64,000 bases of DNA, from positions 1,426,001 through 1,490,000 of the forward strand of contig JAIVFI010000001.1 in NCBI GenBank assembly GCA_025558095.1, read 5' to 3'. The position numbers and the translations under genes are program-made. The notes under the pieces are model-generated. The model was not told where the DNA came from and ran no database searches. It saw nothing but the letters and a program-made list of their open reading frames with translations. Origin of the DNA: Hyaloraphidium curvatum SAG 235-1. Lineage: Eukaryota; Fungi; Monoblepharomycota. Position 1 is the first letter of the stretch, and every line of letters starts with the position of its first letter. Of the stretch, positions 37,240 to 47,281 are shown piece by piece.

Positions 37240-37569
37240 AGAGGTACGCGCACTTAGATCCTTCATGCATTACGAATGCGAAAACATCCGCTTATGGCGC
37301 GAAGACTTTTAGTACTTCAAGGAGGCGGAACCTACTTGCCCAAGCAATCCGAGTTATGCGAGGAAGAATGTGCTGGATGCCCTTCGCCGCCATTGCGCTA
37401 CGCAGAACTACCCCAGGTGGTGCAGAGCGCCGGGAAACACGTGGGAAGCAAAATCCCCGCTCGCGCTCGTGGCTTCGTTGATCTTTTCGCCAGGAAGGAT
37501 CTATTCGGCGATATCTGCCCGGGGGTAGGCAAGATACTTGAAGTTGAGTACAACTGCGCCGGATGCTAG
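37240..37569 (+). pseudogene. Possible SUEL/galactose-binding lectin-like fragment
   Basis: LFGDICPGVGKILEVEYNC resembles the SUEL C-terminal FGDPCPG-K-LEV-Y-C motif; no clean gene model could be built. Confidence 0.3.
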
Positions 37570-37944
37570 ATCGGGGGGTTCAACATTACTGTGTGGCGTT
37601 GCCCGTCCATTGGTTTCCTTTGCATTCCATCACCGCTCCTTCAACCGCCTGGATGGCTAGCTAATCATTACACCTTCAACGGCAATGTTCGGAACGGACC
37701 ACGTATCCTGCCAAACAGGGCTGAGGGGGCCCTGGCGCTCTTGCCCTTGGGCGACTCAGATGCGCCGGCCTGCAGGAACTACGCGACGTCATCGGGTGCT
37801 TTTTTCGTCATGTGCGACGTGACCACAGTCCCAGCCACGAACTGGCGATCGACCGATGATCGAAATAGGTGTGCTTCACCACCAACGTGTCCCGGCACGG
37901 ATTCCGCTCTATTGATTTTCCTCGCCATTCGAAAGCCTCCCCCG

Positions 37945-39375
37945 ATGCCCGCCCTCAACGGCCACGCCGCGCCGTCGGGCACGCTGCGGCGGTTCGTGCA
38001 GGACTTTTCCGGCCACCCGCTCAAGGACAAGCTGGTCCCCTACCTCCCGTGGCTGTCGGACCGCGCGCTGTCGCTGCGCTCGGAGCCCATCGTGCAGATC
38101 ATGCGCGACGCCACGAAGGAGCTCGCGTCGGGCGACGCGGTGCCGCTCGCGGGGGGCAAGCCGTTCCCGTCCCTGTTCCCCATCGCCGGCATCGAATTGG
38201 AGCTGCGGGGCGGCGGGAAAATCAGGGTGTCCGACGACGATCTGGTGCAGGGCAACGACTACGGGCAGGCGTGGGGCCTGGACTCGCTGCTCTCGTCGGT
38301 CAAGGAGATCACGACCGCGGTCCACGGCGTGCCGCGCGACGCCACGTTCGGGTACACGACCAGCATGGGGAACCTGGGCGCCCTTTTCCTGGTGCTGGAT
38401 CTGACGGTCAACAGAGGCGATTATGTGCTTCTGGACTGCCCGACTTTCACGGCCACCCTGACGGCCCTGCATTCTCTCGCGGCGCGGCCGGTGGACGTCC
38501 GCACCGACGGCGATGGCCTGGACCCCGACGCCCTCGAGGCCATCCTCTCGGGTTGGGACGAAACCGCGCGCGGCGGCGCAAAGCCCAAGGTCCTGGTCAC
38601 CGTGCCCACGGGCGGCAACCCCTCGGGCATGTCCACCACCACGGCGCGCAAGCGGCGCGTGCTCGAGATCTGCGGGCAGCACGGCGTGCTGCTCCTCGAG
38701 GACGACCCGTACTACCACCTCTCCTTCGACCCCGAGCCGCCGACGTCGTACCTCTCGTTGCTCCACAGGGAGCCGCCGTCGCCGGCGCCCCCGTTCCTCC
38801 GATTCGACTCGTTCGCCAAGCTCATCTCCGCCGGCGCCCGCGTGTCGTGGGTCGTGGGCACCCCTGCCCTGGTCGATCTGCTCGAGCTGTACACGATGGG
38901 ATCCGTCCAGCACGCCTCCCTGCTGGCCGAGGCGCTCGTCGCCACCGTCATCAAGCACTGGGGCGTGCCCGGGTTCCTCAAACACGCGGACGAGGCGCGA
39001 GACTTCTACAGGGCAAAGAGGGACCGCTGCCTCGCGCTCGCGGAGGAGCACCTCAAGGGGATTTGCGAGTGGGAGGTGCCGCAGGCCGGCATGTTCCTCT
39101 GGCTCCAGCTGGTCCGCGGCCCGAAGGCCGATTGGGTCGCGGGCCCGGACGGAGGCGGGTTCTTCGACTCCACCAAGGCGGTGATCGAAGGGCTGCTGCC
39201 CGCAGGGGTGATCTTGGTTCCTGGACAGCCCTTCATGCCCGAGCCTGTCGACGCGTGCCCGTTCATTCGCATTTCCTACTCCATGGCGACGGATGAGCAG
39301 ATGGAAAAGGGGTTCAGGCGGATGGGCGAGGTGCTCCGGGCGAGGATCGATGGCGAAGGCGGGAAGAGCGCTTGA
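37945..39375 (+). CDS. PLP-dependent aromatic/2-aminoadipate aminotransferase (ARO8/AADAT-like)
   Basis: LAGGKP, VPTGGNPSG, LEDDPYY, RFDSFAKLISAGAR (PLP lysine), AGMFLW and IRISYS. Confidence 0.88.
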   Translation: MPALNGHAAPSGTLRRFVQDFSGHPLKDKLVPYLPWLSDRALSLRSEPIVQIMRDATKELASGDAVPLAGGKPFPSLFPIAGIELELRGGGKIRVSDDDLVQGNDYGQAWGLDSLLSSVKEITTAVHGVPRDATFGYTTSMGNLGALFLVLDLTVNRGDYVLLDCPTFTATLTALHSLAARPVDVRTDGDGLDPDALEAILSGWDETARGGAKPKVLVTVPTGGNPSGMSTTTARKRRVLEICGQHGVLLLEDDPYYHLSFDPEPPTSYLSLLHREPPSPAPPFLRFDSFAKLISAGARVSWVVGTPALVDLLELYTMGSVQHASLLAEALVATVIKHWGVPGFLKHADEARDFYRAKRDRCLALAEEHLKGICEWEVPQAGMFLWLQLVRGPKADWVAGPDGGGFFDSTKAVIEGLLPAGVILVPGQPFMPEPVDACPFIRISYSMATDEQMEKGFRRMGEVLRARIDGEGGKSA

Positions 39376-39433
39376 TGGGTCCTTTTCGACGCCGCGCGAG
39401 AGCGGTCGTATCTATAGATACATTGTGTGTGGA

Positions 39434-40162
39434 TCACCGCATGAGCCTCATGTACGCGAGCGTCAAACCTGCCGTCGCGGTGAACATGGGCAGGAGCACC
39501 CGGAACAGCTCCCATTTGATCGTCTCGAGGCCGGTCTTGAAAGCCGAGATCTCCGAGTCTATCCGGCCCTCAACCTCGTTGATTCGAAGTTCCTCCGCGG
39601 CGTGCATGTCCCGGATTCGTCCTTTCTCCAGTCCAATCTCGAGCTTCATGGCCGACTCGGCCTTCATTACTTCCTCCTTCAGCCGTTGCCGGAGCTTGTC
39701 CAGGTCCGATTTCATCCGCGCCACATCGGCCCTCATGGCCCCGAAATCGGCGCCGTTGAGCCGCGACAGCGCCGTGTCCAGCTCGTGGATGTCCAAATGC
39801 TGCGAGAACTTTGTCCGGTCGAAGTCCGCCCGCGAGACGCAGGGCGCGAGCAGCGTCGAGGTCGAGAGCGCCTCGGTGAGCACGTCCAGCAGCGCGTCCG
39901 GTTGGCCCGGCGGCAGCTCCTTCTCCAGCCGCGAGACGAAGCGCCACGTGTCGAGCGGCTGCGACTTTGGCGGCGGCGGCGCGGCGGGGACCGTCGTGTG
40001 CAGCGTGCCGTCGAAGGACGACGGCCGCGGCAGCGTGTCCTCGACAAAGTGCGGCCGCGCAAACCCCGACTGCGCGCGGCCGCGGGCTGAAGATGAAGGG
40101 ACAAACGTCGAGAGCCCTATTGCGCAACGCCGCGGCGTCCGCAGGGGCGGGAGGGCAAGCAT
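39434..40162 (-). CDS. DUF1640 / CCDC90-MCUR1-Fmp32-like mitochondrial coiled-coil protein
   Basis: Arg-rich presequence, LDTWRFVSRLE, LEIGLEKGRIRD, RIDSEISAFKTGLETIKWE and a C-terminal TM helix. Confidence 0.8.
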   Translation of the reverse strand: MLALPPLRTPRRCAIGLSTFVPSSSARGRAQSGFARPHFVEDTLPRPSSFDGTLHTTVPAAPPPPKSQPLDTWRFVSRLEKELPPGQPDALLDVLTEALSTSTLLAPCVSRADFDRTKFSQHLDIHELDTALSRLNGADFGAMRADVARMKSDLDKLRQRLKEEVMKAESAMKLEIGLEKGRIRDMHAAEELRINEVEGRIDSEISAFKTGLETIKWELFRVLLPMFTATAGLTLAYMRLMR

Positions 40163-40247
40163 GTTCGCGTTTCGACGCGCGTGATCGAGACCGGATCGAG
40201 ACTCGAGACGCCGCAACCACTCCGTCGTCGGTCCAGCGGCCGGCGTC

Positions 40248-41252
40248 ATGTCGGCGCCATCTGTTGCGGCTTCCGAGCCGCTCTTCTTCACGTCCCCGAC
40301 GTACGGGATCGCGATCGCGTACTGCATCTTCGGCGACGCCGCGTCGCAGCGGACCCTCCTGCACTCGCACGGCTTCCCGGGCTCGCGCCTCCAGGCCGCC
40401 GTATTCCACCGCCAGGCTCTTGCAGCCGGCGTGCGCGTCGTCGGCGTCGACAGGCCGGGATTCGGCAGGTCGGAAGTGTGGCCGGCGTCCGTGGCGTCGG
40501 ACCCCGCGTCGGTCCTCAAGACGCACTGGCCGGCACTGATCAAGGAACTCCTGGCGGAAATCGCGTCGTCGGCATCCGTTTCGTTCTCTGGGCCGTCGGG
40601 CGGCGGCTCCGTTTCCTTTTCGGGTGTGTCGGGCGGCGGGCCTTACGCGCTCTCCTTGGCGATGAACCTCCCCAACGCCCGCGGGCTGATCCTGATCGCG
40701 CCTTCGACGGACCCGACAAAGAGGAGCACCTGGGCCGGGATGCCCTGGCCAAACTACCTGGTTGTCTCGGCGTGCCTGAACCCGTGGCTGCGCTGGATCG
40801 GCGTGGGCATGAACTCGCTCATGCGCTACGCCATCTCGGGCCGCGACCCCGCGGACATCAAGAAGATGCTTGGGGGCAGCTTCCCGACCGAGAGCGACCG
40901 CGCTGCATTCCAGGACGACGAGTTCGGGACCGCGATCGCCTCGGAGATGCTCGAGGCTTTCGGCGGCGCCGGCTTCGCGCAGGGCGCCACCACCGAGGCC
41001 TGCGTGCTGTTTTCCCCGTGGGGCCTCTCACCTTCGGACCTCAACAAGGGCCTCGCGGAGGGCGATCCCGGCTTCGTGCGCGCCGCGGTGTTTGCCGGCG
41101 CCGAGGACACGGCGTGCCCCCTGGCGGCCGTGCGGGAGAGCTACTTCGTGATCGGCGGCGCCGATGCGGTGGTCAAGGACGGGCTCGGGCACATGGCCGT
41201 GTACAAGGCCGTCGTGGATGAGGCGGAGGGGCTGTTTGCCAAGTACGTCTAG
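40248..41252 (+). CDS. Alpha/beta hydrolase
   Basis: HGFPGSRL, DRPGFG, nucleophile elbow GVSGG, GAED and GLGH. Confidence 0.85.
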   Translation: MSAPSVAASEPLFFTSPTYGIAIAYCIFGDAASQRTLLHSHGFPGSRLQAAVFHRQALAAGVRVVGVDRPGFGRSEVWPASVASDPASVLKTHWPALIKELLAEIASSASVSFSGPSGGGSVSFSGVSGGGPYALSLAMNLPNARGLILIAPSTDPTKRSTWAGMPWPNYLVVSACLNPWLRWIGVGMNSLMRYAISGRDPADIKKMLGGSFPTESDRAAFQDDEFGTAIASEMLEAFGGAGFAQGATTEACVLFSPWGLSPSDLNKGLAEGDPGFVRAAVFAGAEDTACPLAAVRESYFVIGGADAVVKDGLGHMAVYKAVVDEAEGLFAKYV

Positions 41253-41369
41253 CTGGATGTTCGACTCGATCCCCGAGGGACCATGTTTGCCGATTTCGAG
41301 GGACATGTTCACTGCCTGCGAGACTACAAACGACGAACTGCTACCTAACCCCAAGTTGCCGACGACGAT

Positions 41370-44300
41370 TCACTTCGCGCCCTCTTCCTTTCCGTTCACT
41401 TCGACATCCTTGACCTTGTAGGCCGCCTCGGCTTCGCCCGAGGCCTGGGCCTCCCTCTCCATCCTGGCCTTGCGCCGCCTCCCGAGGACGACGACGGCGG
41501 CGATCCCCGCCACGAGCGCCGCCCCCGCGACGGCGACGCCCGCGATGGCACCGACCGGGATCGCGGATGACGCCGAGCTCCCGCCGCTGACGTTGAACAC
41601 GGCCTCGGCGTACTCGTTCTGGCCCTGGCGGATGCGCCCCGACACCGTCGTGTTGGCGGGGGCGGCCCTGCGCGCGAGGGCGTGGCCGGCCAGCTCGGCC
41701 TCGGCCTCGATGGTGGCGTATTTGAGCCTGCGGCGGCGGCCCGCAAGCGGGGTCGACGAGTCGAAGGCGAGGGAGATGCCGATGCGGACCTTGAACGGGT
41801 TTTCTCCGCCGACGTCGCTGGGCGCGATGAGGCCCGTTTCGGGGGCGCCGATCTTGGTGTCGAAGCCGATGGTGTCGGAGAAGCTGGAGTTGCCTTCACC
41901 GCCGGCCGTGTGCGTTCCGGAGAACGACTGCGAACCGGTGTTCAGGTTGAGTACAGTGCCGAGGCTCTGGGTGACGCCGTCGGCGCGCAGGCTGCGGTTG
42001 CGGTAACCGTCGCTTGCGTGCCTGGCAGCAAGCGAGGCGACATAGACGTCCCGAATGTTGTACGACCAGATCAGCTTGTTGGCGGATGAAATAACCAGGT
42101 CGAATTGGACCCGGGATCCCATGTTGACCGTGCCCGAGCTCGCCGACGTCAGCGAGTTGGTCACGCCGGTGACGACCTTGTCCAGCGTTTCGGTGCACAC
42201 GGGCAGCTCGGGCGCGGTCACGTCCGCGGTGAATGTCCCTGAGCCGCAGTCGTCAACGCATCGCGTGCTGAAGGTGAACCTGTAGGTGCCCGCCACCGAG
42301 CACATGTCGTCGGGGAGCAGGATCGTCAGAGTCTCCGTCTGCTTGCAAGTGGTCCATCCGCTGCTTCCAGCCCCGGAGCAGCCTTCGGGGGAAGCGGACC
42401 ATCCAGAGCGGCCTAGGAACGACATCCCGACCTGCGGGAAGACCATCGCATTCGGCTGCCAGTCGTAGACGAAGGGGTACTTGTTGAGAATGGACCAGAC
42501 CACGGTGAGCACGCGCTGCCCGGTCTCAGTCGAATAGGTGAACTGGTCGATGGAGAAGGTGTCCTGGCCCGAGTCGGCGTCGACCGTGGCGTCGCTCTCC
42601 GCGAGACCGGCCGTCGGGAAGCTGAACGAGACATCCTGCTCGTAGCTGCTGGTGCGCTCGGACCCGGCGGTCGGCCCGGTGGATACTTTTTCCGTCCAGC
42701 TCACGCGCACTGTGGTGGAGACGTTGGTCCGGCCGTTGGCTTCGGGCGCGGTGGTCCATCCGCATTCGCGCAGCTGCTTCCACGTGTCCGAAACGGTGAC
42801 AATGAAGCTGCAGCTTTCCCCCGACACCGCTACCGGCCCGGAAAGGGGCCCTGCCGTGCATGCGAGGGACGCAGACGGGGTCGTTCCGACTTCCAGTGTG
42901 ACACGCCTGGATGCGAAAGACGGTACTGATCAGCATCATCACTTTCCAATCTCTGCGTGCATGCATACCTAAGGTAACCAAAAAATCCGCTCATGTACTG
43001 CGCAGATGAGACCGAAAAGGTCAAACGCTCGGCGTCGTTGTAGCTCGCGTCGAGCGCCGGCGGTGCGGCCCCCGCCATTGCCGTGGAGTTGGCGGGGCTG
43101 TCGGGACATTGTAGCAGTTCCGCTTGCAGGCTCCACGAAAGAACTCGTCCCGAGTACCAGGAACCGTAATTCTTCGACACCTGAAGCCGCCACGTTCCAG
43201 CAAAGCTCATCCCACTAAGCGATAGCAGACTACCAGGTCCGGATGAAGGAAGAAACTCAGCGAACACCGGAGTAGGGCAACTAGTCCCGAAATTACCAAG
43301 CCCGCTTCGAGAAAATGTAACGGTACGTGCTTCGACACTGAAAGCGGAATCGCAGCCAGACCCCCCGTAAAGGCGGATCGATTTTGCGGGGGCAGTCAAG
43401 GGAATCAGGTCCATCACGATGTGGTCCAGCTTCGCGTGCTGGAGCTGCACCGTGATCGAGAGGTACTGGATGGTTCCCGGATCGGTTACGACGATGTCCG
43501 AGTACGAGTTACCAGTGTCGTAGATGTAGAACGGCGGGCCGTGGTTCTTTGGTGGCGCTGGGACCGGTGGCTATTTGATGACAAAGATCAAACTCAAACC
43601 AGAGAGAAAGGTCGGTCTTGCTACTCACGTCGGTGCACACGTGGGTCAGAGGCATGTACAAGAACATCACCTCGTCGTTGTATCCGGCGAAATTGTGCCT
43701 GTAAGGGGCTTGGACCCCTCCGTGCGCAGCAAAGCAGAATCCCTCGTCGCCTCGCGGGTACTGGGGATTGCCCATAGCAGCCGTTCCGATTATGTAATAG
43801 TGTTTCCAGCGATCCCCGAGGAGCCGTGTCGGGATGGCAGCGCAGATCACGCGGTCGGATCCGTTGTGCTTCCCGGCCGAAACGAAGTGCCCGGGAGGGT
43901 TGTCGTAGTCGTAGCGCGCCCAGAAGTAGTCCGCGCCGGGGACCTTGACGAGAAATTCCGACTGGGATGCCCATGCGCCTCCCTCAGTGCCGTTGATGGG
44001 CCCCGTCGGCGTGGTCTTCCCGCCGTTGCCTGCGACGACCTTAAGAATCTGACTAAGGGACAAACGCGAAGCTCCGCAAGTGGCTCACCGTATTCGCAAA
44101 AGTAGTTTCCGACATCTGGCAGCTGCCCGTCGTTGGAGTACCCGAACAACGGCCCGACGTGACCTGGTGGGGTGACAGATCCGTTCTTGACCCTGCATGG
44201 CCAGCAATGGGGCGGACCAGCGGGCTTCTCAATCTCTACCCATGACATTGGAGCCTCGGGGTAGCCCGTGTACGTGAACTGCGGCGTGCTCTGCGAGTCG

Positions 44301-44416
44301 TTCCACCGGACGAAGGCGCTGTTGTCCTCGCGGCAAATGTTGGGCGCGGCCGCGCACGCGAGGACGACCGCCAGCAAGCAGAAGCAGATCAAAGGCAGGC
44401 GGGCTCCGACGGCCAT
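41370..44416 (-). CDS. Type I membrane protein, paralog A: signal peptide, Cys/aromatic (possibly DM9-like) region, proprotein-convertase P-like domain, shared Cys-rich core, polybasic site, TM; multi-exon
   Basis: Signal MAVGARLPLICFCLLAVVLA; P-domain-like GMSFAGTWRLQV..GRVLSWSL; core highly similar to 45194-47020; RRRRLKY; TM IAGVAVAGAALVAGIAAVVVL. Exon joins only partly resolved. Confidence 0.65.
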
Positions 44417-44568
44417 GGTGCGGTGCGGCGCCGTGCAGTTCGTGAAGCGAAGCGGGAATTGCCCTCCGAGTTGGGCGGGGTGCTCCGCCTGCAGAACCGT
44501 CGCGGGCGACGGTCTCCGCAGCTGGACAGAGTCGGACGGCCGGTCCGGGTCGGAGATTCGTTCAGAGA

Positions 44569-45013
44569 GAAAAGTCAGTCAATCAACGGGCGGCCAGGCG
44601 GTCCAGACCGACCTCGCCGGGTCGGCCGTCCAGCGCAAAGTCATCGGCGGTAGTTCAGCCCAGTCCCCCACGGAGACCATTGACCTCTCGGCGCAGTCAG
44701 CGAGTGCGCGGCGGTCTGCTGCGCAAGGCAGCCAGGGGGCGATCCCGTCGGCGACTCGAGAAAGTCAGTCAGTCAATCAAACCTGCTCCGCCCCGATGAT
44801 AGGCTCGAGCATACGGCCATCGGCCATCGTCGATCGCAGCGGCTGGAGCGTCACCCAAACCATGTCCATGCACGGACTTATCCGGGGAGCCTTCGGCACT
44901 TGAGGCCGCCCCGGCGGCAAGGTGCTGCGTGCACGGGCGAGCTGGTGCGGTGCCGGGAAGCCGGGAGGCCCGTGATTGACAGACTTTCTTTTTGTCGGCG
45001 TTTTGACTGACTT
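44569..45013. promoter_or_regulatory. Repeated AAAGTC(A/T)GTCAATCA motif in the divergent intergenic region
   Basis: Copies at 44569-44590 (+), 44758-44780 (+) and 44969-44989 (inverted), with a partial inverted copy at 45003-45013. Confidence 0.55.
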
Positions 45014-45193
45014 GGGCTGGTGCACCCCCCTCCGCGCCGCCTTCGCTCCAGGAGGTGCTGTTTCCGCCCGGCCTTCGAGGATCTAACGGCAACAGCGAGG
45101 TGCGTCCAGGCTGGTATGCCCGGGGCCGGACAGAATGACCGACGCCGGCCGGCACGCAGCCTGCGCCCGCGCACCCTCCGCCCCGCCGCAAAG

Positions 45194-47020
45194 ATGGCCG
45201 GCGCTCAGAGCCGCCTCCTGCTTGCCTTCATCCTGGCCGTTCTCGTTGCGACCGCCTCGGCTCTCTGCCCCGACAGTCCCGCCAGCTCTACCGCCTTGAG
45301 CGATTCTCCCCCGACGCTGAATGTCACCTACGACAACGCCGACCGGTTGGAGTTCAGGATCAGCTCTGTGCAGTACCAGAACGCGGCTCTGCTTTACCTC
45401 AGGTGGCGCGGGTCGGGCGTCTCTGAATGTCCGTATGCTGACACGGCTACCGCTGGCAGGAACGTCTGGCTCGAGATCGGCAGTACTCCGTCCGCTGCGT
45501 CTTACTGCACGACAGGGCTGTTCAACGGCCCGGTCACCGAGGACGCAGGCACATGCTCCTTCGAAATCGCAGCCCTGTCGGCGACCTGGAAGGAAGTGCG
45601 CGAATGCGGGTGGACCAACGCACCTGAAGAGAACGGCGTCACCAACGTGTCCACTATCGTGCGGGTCTACTGGAAGGAAACCATCTCGACCGGTCCCACC
45701 GCGGGATCGGAGCGGACCAGCAGCTACGAGCAAGAAGTCTCCTTCAGCTTCCCGACAGCCAACCTCGCCGAGAGCGGCCCCATCGATGTCGTTGCCGACT
45801 CTGGCGACGACACCTTCTCCGTCGACCAGTTCACCTACTCGACGGAGACCGGGCAGCGCGTGCTCACCATGGTTTGGTCCATGACCAACAAGTACCCGTT
45901 CGTCTACGACTGGCAGCCGAATGCGATGGTCTTCCCGCAGGCCGGGATGTCCCTTCTCGGGCAATCTGCATGGCTCCAAGAACCGGACGGCTGCACTAGC
46001 AGTGCGACCAACTTGTGGAGCACATGCAAGCAGACGCAGACTTTCACGGTCCTCCTCTCCGCCGACACGTGCTCAGTGGCCGGGACCTACAAGTTCACCT
46101 TCGGCACGCGATGCATCGAGAACGACTGCGGGTCGGGAACCTACACCGTCGATGTGACAGCGCCGGAGCTCCCCGTGTGCACCAGCGCGCTAAACAAGGT
46201 CATCGACGGCGTCACGAACACGCTCACGGCGACGGGCGGCGCCAGCCCCAGCACCTTCTCCACTGGCGGACGCATCCTGTTTGCCCTAAACATCACGTCC
46301 ACAAAGAAACTGCTCTGGTCGTACAGGATCCAGGATATCTACGTCGTCTCGCTCGCGGCCAAGCACGCGAACGACGGGTACCACAACCGCAGCCTTTATG
46401 CCTTTGCCAACAACGGTGTCCAGACCCTCGGGGCCAATCTTGGCCTCGCGGCGGACTCTGTCTCGTTCTCCGGAGTGCACAACACTGGTGGTGGCGAAGG
46501 ACGCGAGAGCTTCTCCGACACCATCGGCTTCGACGCCAAGATCGGCACCCCCGAAACTGGCCTCATCGCATCCAACGACATCGGCGGCGAAAACCCGTTC
46601 CGGCTGCGCGTTGGGATCTATCTCGCCTTCGACACGCAGACGTCGCTGGTTCGCCGCCGCCGGCTCAAGTACGCCACCATCGAGGCCGAGGCCGGGCTCC
46701 CGCGTCCCAAGGTCCTGCGCAGGTCCGAGCCTGCGAACGAGACCGTCTCGGAACGCATCCGCCAGGGCCAGACCGAGTACGCCGAGACCGTGTTCACCGT
46801 CGGCGGCGGAAGCACGTCATCCTCCACCATCCCTGTCGGCGCCATCGCGGGCATCGCCGTCGCCGGCGCGGCGCTGCTTGCCGGGATCGCCGCCGTCGTC
46901 GTCATGGGGAAAAAGCGCAAGGCCAGGATGGAAAAGGAGACACATGCTGCGGCTTCGGCGGAGGTAGCCTACAAGGTCCAGGATGTCGAAGTTGGAGAGG
47001 CCAAGGAAGGCTGGAAGTGA
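45194..47020 (+). CDS. Type I membrane protein, paralog B (608 aa, intronless)
   Basis: Signal peptide RLLLAFILAVLVATASA; Cys-rich Ser/Thr ectodomain; RRRRLKY; TM followed by KKRKAR; inverted paralog of the preceding gene. Confidence 0.8.
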   Translation: MAGAQSRLLLAFILAVLVATASALCPDSPASSTALSDSPPTLNVTYDNADRLEFRISSVQYQNAALLYLRWRGSGVSECPYADTATAGRNVWLEIGSTPSAASYCTTGLFNGPVTEDAGTCSFEIAALSATWKEVRECGWTNAPEENGVTNVSTIVRVYWKETISTGPTAGSERTSSYEQEVSFSFPTANLAESGPIDVVADSGDDTFSVDQFTYSTETGQRVLTMVWSMTNKYPFVYDWQPNAMVFPQAGMSLLGQSAWLQEPDGCTSSATNLWSTCKQTQTFTVLLSADTCSVAGTYKFTFGTRCIENDCGSGTYTVDVTAPELPVCTSALNKVIDGVTNTLTATGGASPSTFSTGGRILFALNITSTKKLLWSYRIQDIYVVSLAAKHANDGYHNRSLYAFANNGVQTLGANLGLAADSVSFSGVHNTGGGEGRESFSDTIGFDAKIGTPETGLIASNDIGGENPFRLRVGIYLAFDTQTSLVRRRRLKYATIEAEAGLPRPKVLRRSEPANETVSERIRQGQTEYAETVFTVGGGSTSSSTIPVGAIAGIAVAGAALLAGIAAVVVMGKKRKARMEKETHAAASAEVAYKVQDVEVGEAKEGWK

Positions 47021-47281
47021 CCGACTTCAGCGGTCATGTTTGCAGAAGAGTCGGACCACATCATTGTATAGGCTTAGCGATCCGTTCGCGGACTATCAGT
47101 TTGTATCTTTTCGAGTGCTTGGAGTACGAATCGTAATGTCGCTTCATAGTTTGGTAGAGGGGCAGCCGGGGCGGCGGCACTCAGGGACAGCGAGGGTTTT
47201 CAACGGTCAGCAGGGGACCTATTTCACGCGTCAATCCCGGGCCATAGCGCCTCCAGGGAATTTTTTGAGGCGCGGTTTGCG

